A DNA stretch of 63,823 nucleotides, filler included, from Psammoneis japonica (taxonomy: Eukaryota): NCBI GenBank assembly GCA_008632985.1. It is 3 parts of 3 records of this genome, joined end to end, with 100 filler letters (N's around TTAATTAATTAA, not from the genome) between each part and the next. Parts side by side here need not be neighbours in the genome. Positions count along the whole stretch, not along the records: positions 1 to 30,104 come from QPGO01000403.1; 2 more parts are not named here. One strand, given 5' to 3'. Shown in pieces: positions 11,054 through 25,449 of this stretch. The stretch's first letter is position 1, and each line of letters begins with the position of its first letter. Position numbers and translations under genes: made by a program. The notes below the pieces were generated by a model. The model did not search any database. It was not told the origin of the DNA and saw only the letters and a list, made by a program, of their open reading frames with translations.

Positions 11054-14000
11054 ATGAGCTCTGTTGCAATGGCGACGACGTCTTTCCGCGACGCTGTCGT
11101 CTCTGGAGAGTCCGCGCCTGCATCCAACCAGTCTGCCACTGAGGACCTGTTCCGACCGCCGCCAACATCAATGACACTCGTTGCGGCGTTGATGTTGCTA
11201 GACACTCCGCTTGAACCGGGCCCCAGTGAAGAAGAAGCTAACCTCCCCCAAAGTGAAGAGCATGTTTTCCTCTTGACCCGAAAGTACCTGCAGAACTGGT
11301 TGTGCTGGGCGCTTAATCAGCCTGTACCTGATGAGGAATCGCATCGAGTTCGACTAGCGCTTCGTTTGGCCGCTTCTATTCACAAATTAACGCCACCTCA
11401 GACGTCATCGGCGTATGAGAATCCAGGTCCAATCGACTCTACTCAATTATCCGTACTCGGACACCCCCTCTTGCTTCGACCAAATGTTGTCGTTGGAGCT
11501 GTTGCCGTACCAAAAGATAGCGACTCGTCGCCGCCAGATGATGTCATGAGTGATTCTGGAAAAGATGCGGATGTTGTACCTAAGAAACCACCCGCACGGA
11601 GCGAAGTTGAACGCATTGGGTGCTGCGCCGTCCCTGAAAGATTTTATGAGGTGAGAGAGTCGTGATTAGGTCTTTTTGATTTTGCCATAGTCAAGTACTT
11701 TGCTTTTCTCATTCCCCCCCTTCTAGCTCTTGCGCTCTACCCACGGCGTCGTATGTAGCGACTTGTCGTCAGTGTCATTTCAGCCGTACGAAGGAACGAA
11801 ACGTAGTTCTGCCGCCGTTTATCATCACCCATTCACTCCAACCGGCGGCAAATCTTCTCCCCGTGCGACAAATAGACCTGATAATGTCACGAAGGTTGGA
11901 GGAAGGAACAATCGGAACGTCAAAAGGACTGAATATCCCCGACCGGTGGAGTTTCGAAGAAAAGTAGTGTTCATCAGAGCCCACATACCAACCCCAGTCT
12001 CGGGTTTGCAGTCGCCCATGTCCAAGTTGCTGCATAACGAGGAGTCACTCTCCAAGAGATTCGTTGCGGCGGTGGAGCTGTATCCGGTCAAGTTCTTGTA
12101 TTCAGTAGTTTCCCTGGAAGTGAATGATAGCGTTCATCCGGCTTCATCACCACCGCAGTCTCGACCCCGCATGGATGTTGCTAGTTTGCCAGGGTCACCT
12201 GTTTGCGGGAACACGAAAGATACGATCGCAATGCTGTCCGCTTTCAGTCCAGGCGGAAAATTACAGACCATTCACTCAAAAGAAATGTCCGATGGTTCTC
12301 CATCCTCGCTTCAACCGTCGGAGAAGTCAGACAGTCAAGGAGATACGCCAGAAACCAAGGAGTCAGTGGTTCACAAGCCCTCAGGCTTTCTTCTTGTGTC
12401 TCGTACTTCCTTGATTGCGGACGCGCTACAAGCTGTTTTCAAAGAAGTGACCCCAAACAAGGCAAGAACTTGCGTTCGTGTTTGGAGCAAGATGGACAAA
12501 GTTCCGGAAGGGGCGACTACAAGCGGAGATGGTTACGAGCTGGTAGACATTGACTCCCTCGATGGAAAGTTATTGTCCTTGGACGATGAACCAAAAGGAC
12601 AAGAGAAGCCAGAGATGACGGTGGCGGAATGGGTGAGGCGCCAAACAGGAGAAAACTCGAGAACTGTCTCTATCCTGATTGAAACGCGAGCCAATTCGTC
12701 GACGGAGTGGCCAAGAAATGCGCTTGAGTTGGAAAATCGGATTCAGGTACGATGTTCGATGATTTTTCGATGATTTATCTGTGTCATCTCGAAGCTCATC
12801 AACTGTATTATGTTGCCAACGTTAGGTAGGAGACGTTGTGGACGCGCAAGATACCGCAGGCCATTGGTTTGAATCTGTGGTCAGGCAAGTTACAGATGAT
12901 ACCGTCTGTGTTCACTACACTGGCTGGTCATCGCGGTGGGATACCAGGATACGAAGACGGGGTCGCGATACTGAGCTTGACATAAAGACCAAGGTGAGCA
13001 ATGCTTTTCAGAGCTGTCTCTGCGCTGTCTCTGCAGGGCAAACGAAATGAAAGGAATACTTACTATATGCGCTTTACACTCTCGTCTGCAGAGGGTGATT
13101 GCCCCAGCTGCTCTTTGGACTCATACCTCTCGATGGCGACAAAACGTACGAGTCGGTGACAACGTTGAGGTTCGGGAGTCTTCCTCTCTTTTTCAACGCC
13201 CGAGGTGGCTCCGAGGAATTGTGCGGGCCGTTGGAAAAGAGGGTGATCCTGAAAGAGAGACCGTTTGTGGTGCAGAGCTTGAGCTCTACGACATCGACGG
13301 AAAGATGGCGCCGCTTTTTCTTTTCAATCGAAAACAACAGGTATGATTCAAATCTTAATCATTGCTATACGATACTCTATGCAGGATCCAGTTCATCTTA
13401 TTTTACTCCGCTGTGTTGTTTCTTCCTTTCTAAAACCAGGTTCTGGTTGAGGTCCCGCAAGAAAAGAATAATACCGCGCTGTCTCTCGCCTCGGTTCCAG
13501 GTCAATCATTGCCAGATTCAAGCGACAGGAAATCTCAGCAGACACCGTTTCTTCGGTGGGTATACTTGTACGGTGAAGAAATCTGTCAGAAAGGAACTCA
13601 CCTGCAATACGAGGACGACACAAATCGTCCAGCTACTTTGAGCTATCTCTATGATACAACAAAGCCACCAGTGGAAGTTCTGAAGTCCTTCAACAACATA
13701 CATGGAGCGGGATTTGTTAGAGGTATGATGCTTGCGACGTTTTGGTTCATGGCGATGATGCTACCACCTTCGTTACATTGCTGACGTTTTTTCTTGCATC
13801 TTGTTTGCCTGAATTAGAGTCGCTTCGTGGAGTCCCACCAGCCCCTGGTTCAGTTGGACTTCACAACTTGGGAAACTCGTGTTTTCTTAATTCGATTGTT
13901 CAGTGCCTGAATCACATCGAACCCCTCACACAATACTTTCTGAAAGGAACTTATTCGAATGATTTGAACAGAAAGAATCCATTGGGGAGCGGTGGTAGAG

Positions 14001-15010
14001 TTGCAGTGGCATTTGCATCCCTACTTAATGACATGTGGGGCGGCGAGTACTCAATACTTGCTCCCCGTCGACTTAAACAGACAGTTGGCTTCTTTGCGCC
14101 GCAATTCAACAACGTTTATCAGCACGATAGTCATGAATTTTGCTCGTTCCTGATGGACGGCCTTCACGAAGACTTGAATCGAGTGAAGAAGAAGCCTTAT
14201 GTGGAGGAACTAGAAGGGCGTGGAATGAAAGACAAAAAGGTTGCAATTGAGTCTTGGCGGAAGCATCTCTTACGACACGATAGCGTGATTGTCGACTATT
14301 GTCAAGGGATGCATCGGTCTCATCTTACATGTCCTGTTTGTGGACGAGAAAGCATCAAGTTCGACGTGTATTCAACCATATCCCTGCCGCTTCCGCCTCT
14401 TAAGCCTGATCCCGTGAATATCAAGGACTGCCTTGAGATGTTTACTGCCGGTGAGCAACTCGATGATCGCAACGCATGGTACTGCCCAAGCTGCAAGAAA
14501 CATGTTTGTGCGTTGAAAATGATAGCTCTGTGGTCGGTGCCTGATATACTGATCTTTCACTTAAAGAGATTTACATTCAACACTTGCAAGACATCCGGTG
14601 GTGTCGTTCGATCAAAGATTGAGGATAAGGTGGTATTTCCTATCGATAATCTGGACATGACTGACTACATCCTTGGCCCAGTTGATGAAGACGCGCCTCC
14701 AATATACCAGCTCTTTGCCGTGAGTGAACATAGCGGACATACCGCAAATAGCGGGCATTACACCGCCACAGTACGAAATTCGAAGGACGCACAGTGGTAT
14801 CGATTTAATGACTCTCACGTTGGAAGTACGTCTGGAGAGGCAGCTGTGACAGGTGGAGCGTACATGTTGTTTTATCAACGTCGAAAGGGATCATCGCGAT
14901 GGGCTGGAATGGAGAAGGTAATGAAAAATCCAGGAGATGACGATAATGTTGACGAGGATGGATTCACGCAAGTCAAATCGAAGAAAAAACACAAGAAAAG
15001 AGTTCGTTAG
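11054..15010 (+). CDS. Ubiquitin-specific protease (peptidase C19) with DUSP-like and Tudor/Agenet-like N-terminal regions; 6 exons (11054-11650, 11727-12746, 12826-12993, 13092-13340, 13440-13722, 13818-15010)
   Basis: Cys box GLHNLGNSCFLNS, QHDSHEF..LMDGLHEDLN, CPVC/CPSC zinc site, HLKRF and His box SEHSG..SGHYTA. GT-AG introns join the ORF-track pieces. Confidence 0.9.
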
Positions 15011-15164
15011 TTTAAAAAAGGAGTGGGAATGGAATCAAAAAGAATTACTGTGGTGAGATGCCTCATTGGAAGACCCATGCAAGGGATGAACAGAAATAAT
15101 CCTTTACAGTATGAGAAGAATACCAGTAGAAAGACTAAAAGCTGGAGGTAAACTAGACAATGGG

Positions 15165-18100
15165 AAGTTTAGCTCTTCTTTCGCGAACCGGCAGCGCTCT
15201 TCTTTTTTCCGTTCGTCTTTTTTCCGTTCGCAGCCTTCCCCCCTTTAGCTGCTTTTCCCCGTTTCTTCTTCGCAAACAGAGCAAGGACCGCCTCCGAGTC
15301 CGATTCATCGCCGTCGTCATCGCTACCTTCAAGTGCAGCGTCGTCGTTTACTGCATCGAGGTCAGTAGGATCGACTTCTGAAGATTTCTTCTTTTCTTAG
15401 TTTTGCCAACACCTTGTTCAGCAACGAGAGCTGGCTCTTATGGCTTCCTTTGTTGTACTCTCTCGTAAAGGCCGCTTTTTGCTTGCTGTCGAGACTCGAA
15501 AAAGACTTCGCCTTAGAGTCCATCTTGAACTCGTCTAGATTTTCGAACACATCGTCACGATCTAAGCCATAATCGTCCATGAGAGATATCGCATCAGCTG
15601 TTTTTGGGCCTTCCTTGTCCGACATTAAGGAAAAGAACCTCTCCCGCAATGTCGGCACGTAGCGAAGCCTGAATTCGCGAGAATCTCCACTTACTTTGTA
15701 ATTCACATGGTGGTGAAGCTCTTGGAGAAGACGGACCTTCTTGCCGCGAGTTGAGTTCTTACCCATCCATCCTGCAAACTCAGGAAAGCCTGGAAGAAAC
15801 GCCCCGCTTTCGCCACCGGCGTGATAGCCTGTTTTCACTGACAACATTGCGCACAGCGGGAGTAAGCCCCACTGTGATCGCCGCTGCGAACAGCATGCTC
15901 CGCGACAGCGAAATCGGACATGCTGGAGGAAGCCTCGCTCATGCTATCTAGAAAGTCGAGAACTCTGCTTTCATCGTCACTTCGCTTCGCTTCTTGATAC
16001 CTACTCACCATCACCCGAAGGTAATTCTGCTGTACCATGAGCCCCATGAGGCTGTAATCAACAAAGTATGCATCGCTACGCTTATAGAGGCTATCCCTCT
16101 CAGTCTTCGCCTCTACACCAGCCAAGCCCTTACGTCCTTCAACAAGAAGCTTGGTGGCATCAAAGAGACTCACGCGAAGAATTTCATCCTTGCTGATTTC
16201 GCTCTTCCGGTCTTTTAAGTCTTTGTATGTCATTGAAGAATTTGACCCCTTCTTGTTTGACCACATTTGAAGGCAATTAATGACTTGTCGAATGTCGTTG
16301 CCACAAGACTCTGCAATGGCTTCAGCGGCATTCTGCTCCACCTTCATTCCCTCCATCTCTCCAATCCTAACCGCACGTCTCGCAATGACCGTCTTGACAG
16401 GTCGCTTGTAGCGTAGATCTAGGCAGTGTGATACGAGGCTCTTCACTTTCTGACTCTGCCGATCGTTACAAATGCAAATAATTGGTACCTTCGACGACTT
16501 GATCATCTTGATAAGTTCTGCCATTCCACTCCTATCTCCGGCACCCATCCCGTCTACCTCGTCCATAATGATGCATCGTTTCTTGACGGGTGGTGGCTTC
16601 TTGTTGGGATGAGAGGGCCCAAAGTTAAGAACTTGCGAACCAGTCACGTCTCCTAGTCCTTCTCCGAGTGCTTTCTTCGACCGTACATCAGATGCGTTGA
16701 ACTCGAGAACGTCACGCCCAGCCTCCGTTGCGACCAAGATGGCTGTTGTTGTCTTACCTACCGAATTGACGGCACGAACAGATCGTAATCAGTCAGCATT
16801 CCTACAAGCTAGGCCAGAACTCGGATTTTGAGAGAATCACTTACCAATACCCGGAGGGCCAGAAAGAAGAGCCGCTTTACGAGGACCGCCCGGAGCCGTA
16901 AAAGTCTTGCCTTGGGCTCTAGGATTGTTGAAGACAGTCTCCCACTTCGAAAGCCCTGTATCGAAAACAAATGTGAACAACGTAAGATTCAAATTTGAAA
17001 AATTTCAATAGACAGTTTGGAGCAAAGAAAACTTCTCACAATTTGATAACTTCTTGACAGACTCCTGGTTACCCAAGATATCGCGAGTTGTTTGGGGAGC
17101 GTATTTGTCTGCCCAGAGCGCATTTGGCCCCATATCGGTCTTGGGAGTGGCTGGAGCTGCGCTCGCTGGTACCTTTTTAGTCGCATAAGGATTGCTTGCA
17201 TAAGGATTAGCCGTGGCGCTCGCCCCGCTTTTCTTTGCCGCATTCTTGGCATAGGGGTTGAACGTCTTCGCGTAAGGGTTAGTTGGAACAGGCTTAGGTT
17301 TAACAGCAACCTCCGAATTGCTTTCAGTAGGTGGAGGGGCTGTCTTCACTCCTCTCGGGGCAGCTTTTGTCACTGAGTTCACTGGCTCCTGCGGGGGGTT
17401 CTCCGCACGGGCTTTATCACTGTATCGCTTGGCTAAACCATAGAGCTGCTCCTCGCCCTTTAGAACGATAACTTTGAGCTCCATTGCCGTCTTGTACTTT
17501 TTACCCTCATCGTAGGGACGCCCATCCTCTAGAAGATCGCCAACCACCAAATAACTAGTTCTTCCAGACACGGCGCTAGTGACGCGTCCGCCAAGCATCT
17601 TGACGTAGTCTTCGGCATCCTGCCTCGCCACGTTTGGTAGGACACCCGTGAATACAAAGGTGAGACCAGCAAGGCATTCTGGGGTGGCATCGTCGGTAGG
17701 GAATTCCTTGAGGGGCTCTGTCGGTTCCAGAAGTGGTTCCTTTTTCTTCTTCTTGGAAGACTTGGGCGTTGGAGATTTTCGTTTTTTCTTTGCCGGTGTA
17801 GACTGCCTGGACGGCGGAGTGACCGGAGAAGCAGAAATCTCCTCTGCTTCCTCTGTTTCAATACCCTTGTCAACATCCAGAGAAGGCCTGCCACGCTTCT
17901 TGTTGGTCTCTTTCTCTGTGGGGCTGAGATGAATGGGAGAAACATCCTTCCGCTCCTCCTTGGCTTCTACTTCTTCGATTACAACATCGCTCTTGGCTTC
18001 AGGCTTTTTCTCTGCGCTCTTTGCAAAAAAGTCTGATGCCGATATTTCTGTACGACTTCCCTTTACTGCAGTAGCTCCGCTCTTTGCCTTCTTGGCGGGA

Positions 18101-18411
18101 GTCGATAGGGGCTCTTGATGATTCTTGCGTTTCTTAGGAGCAGCGTCTACGTCATCCTCGCTTGAGGTGTCGTCATCGTCGAGTACAACGCGTCGTTTCG
18201 CTTGAGCCTTGGACTTGTTCTCAACACGAGTCATTACAACGTTTTCATCATCTGTCGAGGAGTCGTCGATGCTGACTTTTGCCTTTCTTGAAACTGCCGC
18301 TGTTGCTCGTGGTCCGCTAGCTTCGTCATTGGAAGAGCTCGCGGCTGGCGGCGCTTTCTTCTTTGGCTTTCCCGACTTGGAGGCCTTCCCAAAAAAGTTC
18401 CGAATATCCAT
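15165..18411 (-). CDS. RFC1: Replication factor C subunit 1 (BRCT + AAA+ + RFC1 C-terminal domain); two introns near 16760-16843 and 16956-17039; apparent 1-bp frameshifts near the 3' end, so the 3' end is approximate
   Basis: MDIRNFF N-terminus, BRCT (CLAGLTFVFTG..GGRVTSAVSGRTSYLVVG), LWADKYAP, Walker A GPPGIGKT (split by an intron), EFNASDVRS, IIMDEVDGM and KAAFTREYNK. Confidence 0.95.
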
Positions 18412-19322
18412 GGCTTACTTTCGGGAAGGGTTACAATACCGCCTAATCTGAAACTTTAATTGGTACTTCTGCAATGTATCGTGGAGACCAGTGACAGCAA
18501 AATCGAACGCGACGTCAACCCGATAAATATCCGGAGAGAAGAGCGGAGAGGCGCTTTTCGACTAGAAAGAAATGAGAAGATCCTTACACAAAAGCTTCGA
18601 TAACTTTAATACAGAAACAAATTAATCTGTCGAATGGCAAAAGGGGTATTCAAAGCAACAGTTTGAGGGCATCTGTGATTTTAGAATGCCATGGGCGGCC
18701 AGGAAGATACCGTGTGGCAAGTTCCAAAGTGAAGCGTGAAGCACGCACTGAGGGACGTCTCTGGACACCTGCTGTCCAAAGAATCTTCTGTAAGATTTGT
18801 ACTGAAAAAGCACTCTAAGCAGTTTTTGACATCGGTGAACGCTGGACAGACTCTAAGCATTTTTCTTACGTTACGTGGAAGTTGTAGCGTGTAGCATAAC
18901 CTCAAACGCACTGGAGGACAGGATTTCTTTGAACTGTTTTCGTCGAAAAAGTCATTCTCAAAAACTTGATTTTATACATGCATAAATATTTTTATATACC
19001 GCGCGGACTCGAGGCGACTCCGAACCGTCGAAAAAAAATAGCGCGCGCTTCTCCCTCCAACGAACGCAGGAAGGCAGACGATGATTTCTCATGATCAGGC
19101 GGGAAAAAGTTGGAGAGCAAAGAGCAGGCAAGGAGGCAGTAGCAATCTACTTCTAATCATCCGAAGACGAGCAGCATCTCCACAGTTGTCAGTCGCCAAG
19201 CGTGTACAAAACGTGCTGGTTCCGTCCTTCCCTGCGGTTGCGGTGTAGTTGAACGTCATTGACCGAAAGATAATAAATTGACAGAGTTTTTTCTTGCGGT
19301 CCAGTCGTACAGTTTCCAAAGA

Positions 19323-20052
19323 ATGTCGTCGAGCTACAGACAACTCAGCACGCAAGAATCTTTGAATAATAGTTCTACAACCCAATCTCCATCGTTTGGA
19401 CCCGCTGGTCGAACAAGAACAAGATCCGAGCGTCTTTCTGACAAGCTACATGCACGTAAGTGAAATGGTTTGTGCATGTGTCGCTCCGTTTCCTGCCTGC
19501 TTGCGATGCAACGTCTCACCTGAGCGCCTATTTGTTACCTCGACTGTGGCTTAATCGACTGTGCTACGAAACCATTTTAATAAAGTGGCTTGGATTGTAT
19601 CTGCTGGACTAGTGGCACGATGGTCAGATTTCTTTCATGTAATTTTCTCGAGCAGTTCCCGAGTAATGCGTCCAGCGCTGTATGGAGCTTTCTGCTGTTT
19701 TGGCATCAATACGGTCTTGCTGCTTTATCTGACTGTTTATCTGCACGTTGTCGTGGGGTTACCAAGAGATTCGTCTGTGTATGATGTATGGTGTCCTCGT
19801 GTTATTCCTGCAATGACTGCTGTCGGGTTGCTGTGCTTCTTATTATTGATTCGGGCGACCTTTCCCGTGTGGGGTTTCCTCGCACCGCTTGTTCTCGGAA
19901 TAGAAGTAAGTCAGAAACATGCGCAACGCAGTCGCCATGAGTTATGCAATGCAGCTTACCCCTGACTTGTTTCTCGATACATTTTTGGCGCAACCTATTT
20001 CGAACAGGCACTCGGAGCACTTTTTAGCTTGCATTTCATTCCCTGGATGTAA
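19323..20052 (+). CDS. TMEM128-like multi-pass membrane protein; introns 19456-19585 and 19906-20007
   Basis: Spliced ORF MSSSYRQL...LHA|LAWIVS...CPRVIPAMT...FPVWGFLAPLVLGIE|ALGALFSLHFIPWM* has four hydrophobic helices. The family call rests on motif recall only. Confidence 0.7.
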
Positions 20053-21113
20053 AATAGCACTCTTTCTATCTCATTCCAATCAATAGAGAGTGATAGGACC
20101 ATACTCCTTTCACGGTCTATAGCCTATGCGCCTTGGACTCCTGGTTTGAACAACCACCGGTAGGGCTTTGCGTTGCATTCTTCGGCGCAAAACAACAACT
20201 CAATGAAGAAAAATCGAGGTAGCTGCGCCACCGCAACTTCAAAACATCAACCTTAAATTAGAGAGTAAAAAGGGTGTGAAAGAGTGTACTGCAGGGCCCC
20301 AATCGATGCGTGATTCACATCAAATAATGTGAAGTAGGCTCTACTCTAGAGCTGACGCCGGCACGGCTACCGGTATGTCATTGTTCGTCGCGCTCACGAA
20401 AAATGGCGAAGCGCATAGCTAGCTTTCACATGAACGGCCGGCTATTTCCTGGCATGTCAGGCGTGTTACTTGTCGATGATTTCCAGGTTTGCTACACAAT
20501 GGTAGACGCGTTTTGTAACATCGTTACGACAAGTTTGAACAATAGTGACATCGGAAGCTCTCTCAGGGTCTATGGCCTCATTCCTCCCATTTCGTAAAGT
20601 TGCAGGAAGAACGTTTGACGGGGCAGATGATCTATCCGATTGCGTGTTGGCCTCACTCTTCCTGGAATGCTGATACACCTGTACGGATATACGCCAAAAC
20701 CTGAAATTCGGCCGTCAACATTTGAAAGAGGAGTTGAAATCAAGGAATGAACGTCGGTTACATAATTTAATCTGCCACCTATGCGTGTCATCCATCCCTT
20801 GAGTGGGAGACGACGGATCATTTTTTGCGTATTGACGCAAGCACTTGAAAACGGGTCGCTGGGGACGTTGAGAAACAAAACCCAAAGCCTCTCCAACGGT
20901 GTGTAAGATCTATTTAGGAGTAGAGGAAACGTCCTCTTCTTGAGTGGTCAAAGGATGCGGTCCGCGGGTGAAGCACTTAAGCGACAGCCGATGAGTGATG
21001 ACCGACCTCTCTGAAAATACTTGAGCTGACTGGCTTTCCAGGCTGTATTTTGAACAGCGATACCAACTTGTCAGCAAGTGGAAACAAAAAACATGGATAC
21101 CGACAAAGCCTCT

Positions 21114-22331
21114 CTAGAATGAAGCAAGCCCCGAGCTCAGCCCCGAGCTCGCGCTCGAATGCGTTTCATCTTCCTCCTCTTCGTGAATAACGTCCAAGTC
21201 TGTACTCTGGGTACGAGTGATTTTCGTCGTCACGCTGTGGGAGTTCCGAGAACGACTTGACGTTTCTGGCGATGGCAAAAAGTCAGCGGAATTGTCGCTG
21301 TAGACAAGCGAGTCCCCATCGTTGATCTCATCAATGGGTTGTCTTGAACTTCGCTTGTTGGCACATAGAGCCTTGAAGGAAATGATTTTGATCACAAAGC
21401 AAAGCGAGAACCCCAGAACTCCCAGAAACACCCACAACAAGATAAGACCCACTTGGTTGTTGTTGCTACTGTCGGATTGGCTTCTTGAGGTATCCACGCT
21501 CCGAAACGAAATGCCGATAACATCCTTGTTGGTGTTGTTCAGCAACAATCCAGATCCATTTGTCGCTTGATAATGATCTGAGTCTTTTCGCGAATTTCCA
21601 GTGCGTTTGTTCCTTCTTGTACAAAGACTGTCGCCAATCCGTCAAAGTAAAAACAGTTAGTTTCTGGTCGGTCAGCGCACGCTAGGAAAAGAGTTATTAA
21701 AAAGAACATCAGGTGAGTTTCAGTTGTAGGTACAAAAGCATTCGACGACGACAAAGAAACATACCTCCAGCTTGAGCTATCACATCGGAGGATAAGAACT
21801 GATTCCGTGTACTACAGACGTTTGTTGGTTCTTTGCACTTCTGCTGGAGAGAGCACACTGAGCAGGAAACAGCGCAGGCAGCAGCGCATTTCCCACTGCT
21901 TGTTCAATATCTCTGACAACGCTGATTCGCAACTCGTCAACACTAGAGATTTCCGTTGTTGTTTCAATCTGATATGGATAGTGAATCGTGACAACATCTC
22001 CCATCCGTGCTCCGTAGTCGCCTTGACTGTTCACGCTGCACGTCTCGAGCGGTGTACTAGTTCCACCGACTGTACTTGGCTCGCTAGTGGCTGTACTAGT
22101 AGGACTAGGAGACGGATCTATGGGAGCCGCTGTTGGAGCTCCTGCCGTTGGGTTTGTAGCAGTTGGAGCGAGAACGGGTTGAGCGTTGCTTTCCTCAGGA
22201 TCTTCCTTATGTCTATGGGGTGCACAGCCGTTTGGGTTAGTACACCTCAAAAAGGAATTATCTGCCAACGTCGCTGAGAAAACAACCAGCAACGAAACGC
22301 CCGAGAGCAATCGAGCGACGCTGTGTATCAT
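21114..22331 (-). CDS. Secreted/single-pass membrane protein with a Pro/Thr-rich linker and a Cys-containing extracellular domain; one intron (~21682-21764) and apparent 1-bp frameshifts
   Basis: Signal peptide, PTATNPTAGAPTAAP linker, TM segment VGLILLWVFLGVLGFSLCFVI and Ser-rich tail with DLDVIHEEEE. Confidence 0.7.
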
Positions 22332-23129
22332 CTTGGCACTGCGTTTCAGAATACGAAGCAGAAAGCAGAGAATCGGTGTTTATTTCAATAAAGAAGAAAC
22401 AGAAAAGAAAGAAGCAGCTGGAAAAGAATTGGAAGTGCAGCGGTGGTAAAACACTATCTTGGATCTCTCGTCAATTGAAGTCATTGAGAGCTGAGCGAAG
22501 TTTGTTGTCGACGAGAACAAGATGATCCCGCTAGAATTACAATGATTAAAATCTTCGTCAACATAGAAGCGCATAACATTCAATTTCTTAGGGCGAGTTT
22601 GCGAATATACAAAATATATCGGACAATGTAGCAAATATATGTATCTAAACAAAACGTTTTGAATTCACAACACTATGGCCAACGCGCGCATTTCGACCCT
22701 GGTACAGATCCTACTTATTCCAACGTAGGGCCCTACTTGGTGGTATTTGAAGTACCTTTCAAAATTTATGATATTCTAATGTATGGATATTAGAAATAAA
22801 ACAGTAAAATTGTCTTGGCCCAGCCAGCAAGCAAGGTGGCCTCACTTTTCGCGCCCCACAACATTTTCTTACGCCACATTCAACATTGAACATTTTTTTG
22901 ATTTTGATCGTGCACGATTCCTTAGGTTCTAAGGTATGGTGTAATGGTAGACCGGAGATGAGGAGCCTCTCAAGGATTCATTTTGTTGTTCAGCCTGCAC
23001 TTCACAGTATTGACTTATGTTTGACGATGCCATTGCTAGAGGGAGACTTCGCAAAACCGTCTCCCAATCTCAACTGCCTTAGACAAAGTACTGAAACCAC
23101 ATCGTAAAGTTCTATAGCTATTTTTTAGT

Positions 23130-25026
23130 TTATCTAACCCAGAAACGGGGTAGGAACGTCATTACCTGGTTGTTGAGTTGGACTCCAAGTTTGAACTGGG
23201 GTTCGTCCTCACGCACAGGTATGACTTGGTGAGGTTTAGCGCCGCCAACATCACTTAGCAAAGAGTTTGCAGCCTCGAGTCCTGATACAAACGCTCGTTC
23301 TTGACAAAGACCTTTGGCGCCATGTTCGCGTTCGCCCATGCGTACCCAGTCACCAGCGCATTTCACGTTGGGAAGGACATCCTTCCAGCACCTTCGAGCG
23401 GTGGCCGTCTTGAGTAACTGCCGGGCGAGAACCAGCTCACTGTGCCTGGATATTTGCCTACCCAAGAATCAACCACTTTTGCATCTGCAAACTTTGGAAC
23501 TGCACTTGGTAGGAGATCTTCGCTCAAGGTACGGACGATCTCTTCGTCACTCAAACTCATGAGGGAACCGGCATTGTAAAAGTCACAGGCCACTACTGAG
23601 CCGCGTGACTCATCGTCACTACTACTATCTTGAGTTTCGCCCCATAACGCTGCGTTGTCTTCTTGCAGTTGGTCCAACATGAAAAAAGTCCCTCCGGCGC
23701 CCCGCAGGGAATCAAAGCGCGAAAATACATTTGCTGGAGTTCTTGTTGGAACTTTGCGATCAAACCAGATGCGTGATGAAATGACATCGATACCTTTGAG
23801 ACTAGCTGCCTTTCCAAACTCCGGAATTTTCGCCAAGTCTGGGGATGCGTTAATGACGCTCTCCATCCCCTTGCAACCCAAAGCTAAGACCACTCCATCA
23901 ACATCCTTGATCTCGTGGGTCTTTCCCTTGCCATCTTGGTACGTAATTGTGGATGCCTTGAGCTTGCTGGCATCTTCTTCTAATGATATTTTCCCCACGC
24001 GGCATCCACCAAGTACCTCAAGGTCGTACTCGTCTTGCAGTTTTGTTGCCATGGGTGCAATCAAAGAGTCGCTAACAGTACCGTTCTTAATCCATCGGAC
24101 GTCAAAGCTGTCTTGGTGCGCGAGAGCATAATAGTAAAGCAATTCCATGACGACCAATGCACTCAATTCTTCTGGTGGCTTAAACAGTCCCACCAAGAGG
24201 GTTGGCCGAATAAAGTCATCAACAAGCCTCTTGGATAGCTTGAACTGGACAAAGAGATCATGAGCTGTCATACGGTCGTACTGCTCTTGAACTGACTCAT
24301 CTCCACCCAGGCAGTCAATCGTAGCCAACAGTAAACCAACCATGGATGCACGATCAGCAAGAGGAATTCGTTCAAAGAGTGGGAAGGTCGCCACAACCTG
24401 ACCAAGTGGCGAAGGGAGAGTCGGAAACGGTTCATTCGAGAACTGATTAAGAAAGGGAAGATTTCCGAATACTTCAGGAAGTTTCGCTTCGGAAAAGACA
24501 GGCGCAGTAGCCTCAAGCCCATCAGGCGAGTAAAACGATGAGTTCGTAAATGGCGTAAACACATCGTTTTCATCGAGCTTCAATTCTTCACACAAAGCAT
24601 TGATGTTGGGGTAGTCTTTCCAAAAACCACGTGTTCCTGCCTCGACAGGCTTGCCCGTCTTGGAAAGGTATGGTGTGACTCCAGTTGGGTCAGGAAGAGC
24701 ATCAATTAAGGTAACCTCGGCGTCAATTCCGCTTTCGCAAAGCGCCTTGGCTGCTCCCCATCCGCCCCAGCCACGCCGACAACGACAAACTTCTTGGTCT
24801 CCGACGCGAGCTCACGCTCCTGTTCTTTTGCCCATTCCAAGGCGGCTGATTTAATTTCCGTACCATCGCCTGGGTCTTCTTCTGTATTGCTCATTTGGAC
24901 CATTGATTGTTTCCTCGAATGATCACAAAAATTACGTTCTAGCGGTCGAACCGCAGAGTTGCTTCTGACGGAGAAAGCGGCAGAAGAGGAGACGCATAGC
25001 AACGACAACAGTGCAAGAATTTCCAT
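23130..25026 (-). CDS. Plastid-targeted FAD-dependent oxidoreductase of the amine-oxidase/carotenoid desaturase-like family; apparent frameshifts near 24780 and 23385
   Basis: SSAAFSV presequence, Rossmann motif VVVG.GWGGWGAAKAL, EAGTRGFWKDYPNI and C-terminal CAGDWVR..GLCQERAFVSGLEAAN. Confidence 0.85.
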
Positions 25027-25449
25027 CGTCGCAAGAGTTTCGCAGATACCGGTACGAACAACGAGGGGAATATGTTGTTATGGCGGCGGAGTAGTTAGTC
25101 TGATCTACCATACAGCAGAAAGAGGGATACAGTCAGTGCTTTGACCCTCGTCACTCGTCATCGGATGCAACGTTGATGAGCCAAAAAACAAAGAAAAATC
25201 GGAAAGTGAGCGAGCGTGATCCAGATCACGTGACGCACAGGCTCAGCGTGACGTGAGTAGAGGCCGTACAGTATTCATAGGGCTAGATGATTCAAGATGA
25301 GCGAGCTGGCGGTGATGGCCGTCCTGCCTTCATCCGGTGTTGACGATCCAAAAGGAACAACAAGCAGTGACGACAACTAACACAGAGCGACAGAGGCATC
25401 AACTTTTTGATCGCAACACTTGCGCAACACAGATGTGTCATTACATTAC

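Noticed and set aside
20403..20896. Short ORFs between the TMEM128-like and secreted-protein genes
   Set aside because: No motifs or splice support.
15165..25026. Frameshifts in RFC1 (~15875, ~15430), the secreted protein (~21785, ~21555) and the oxidoreductase (~24780, ~23385) read as pseudogenisation or programmed frameshifting
   Set aside because: They are scattered 1-bp losses, often in short homopolymers, in otherwise intact genes including essential RFC1. Sequencing or assembly error is the simpler explanation.
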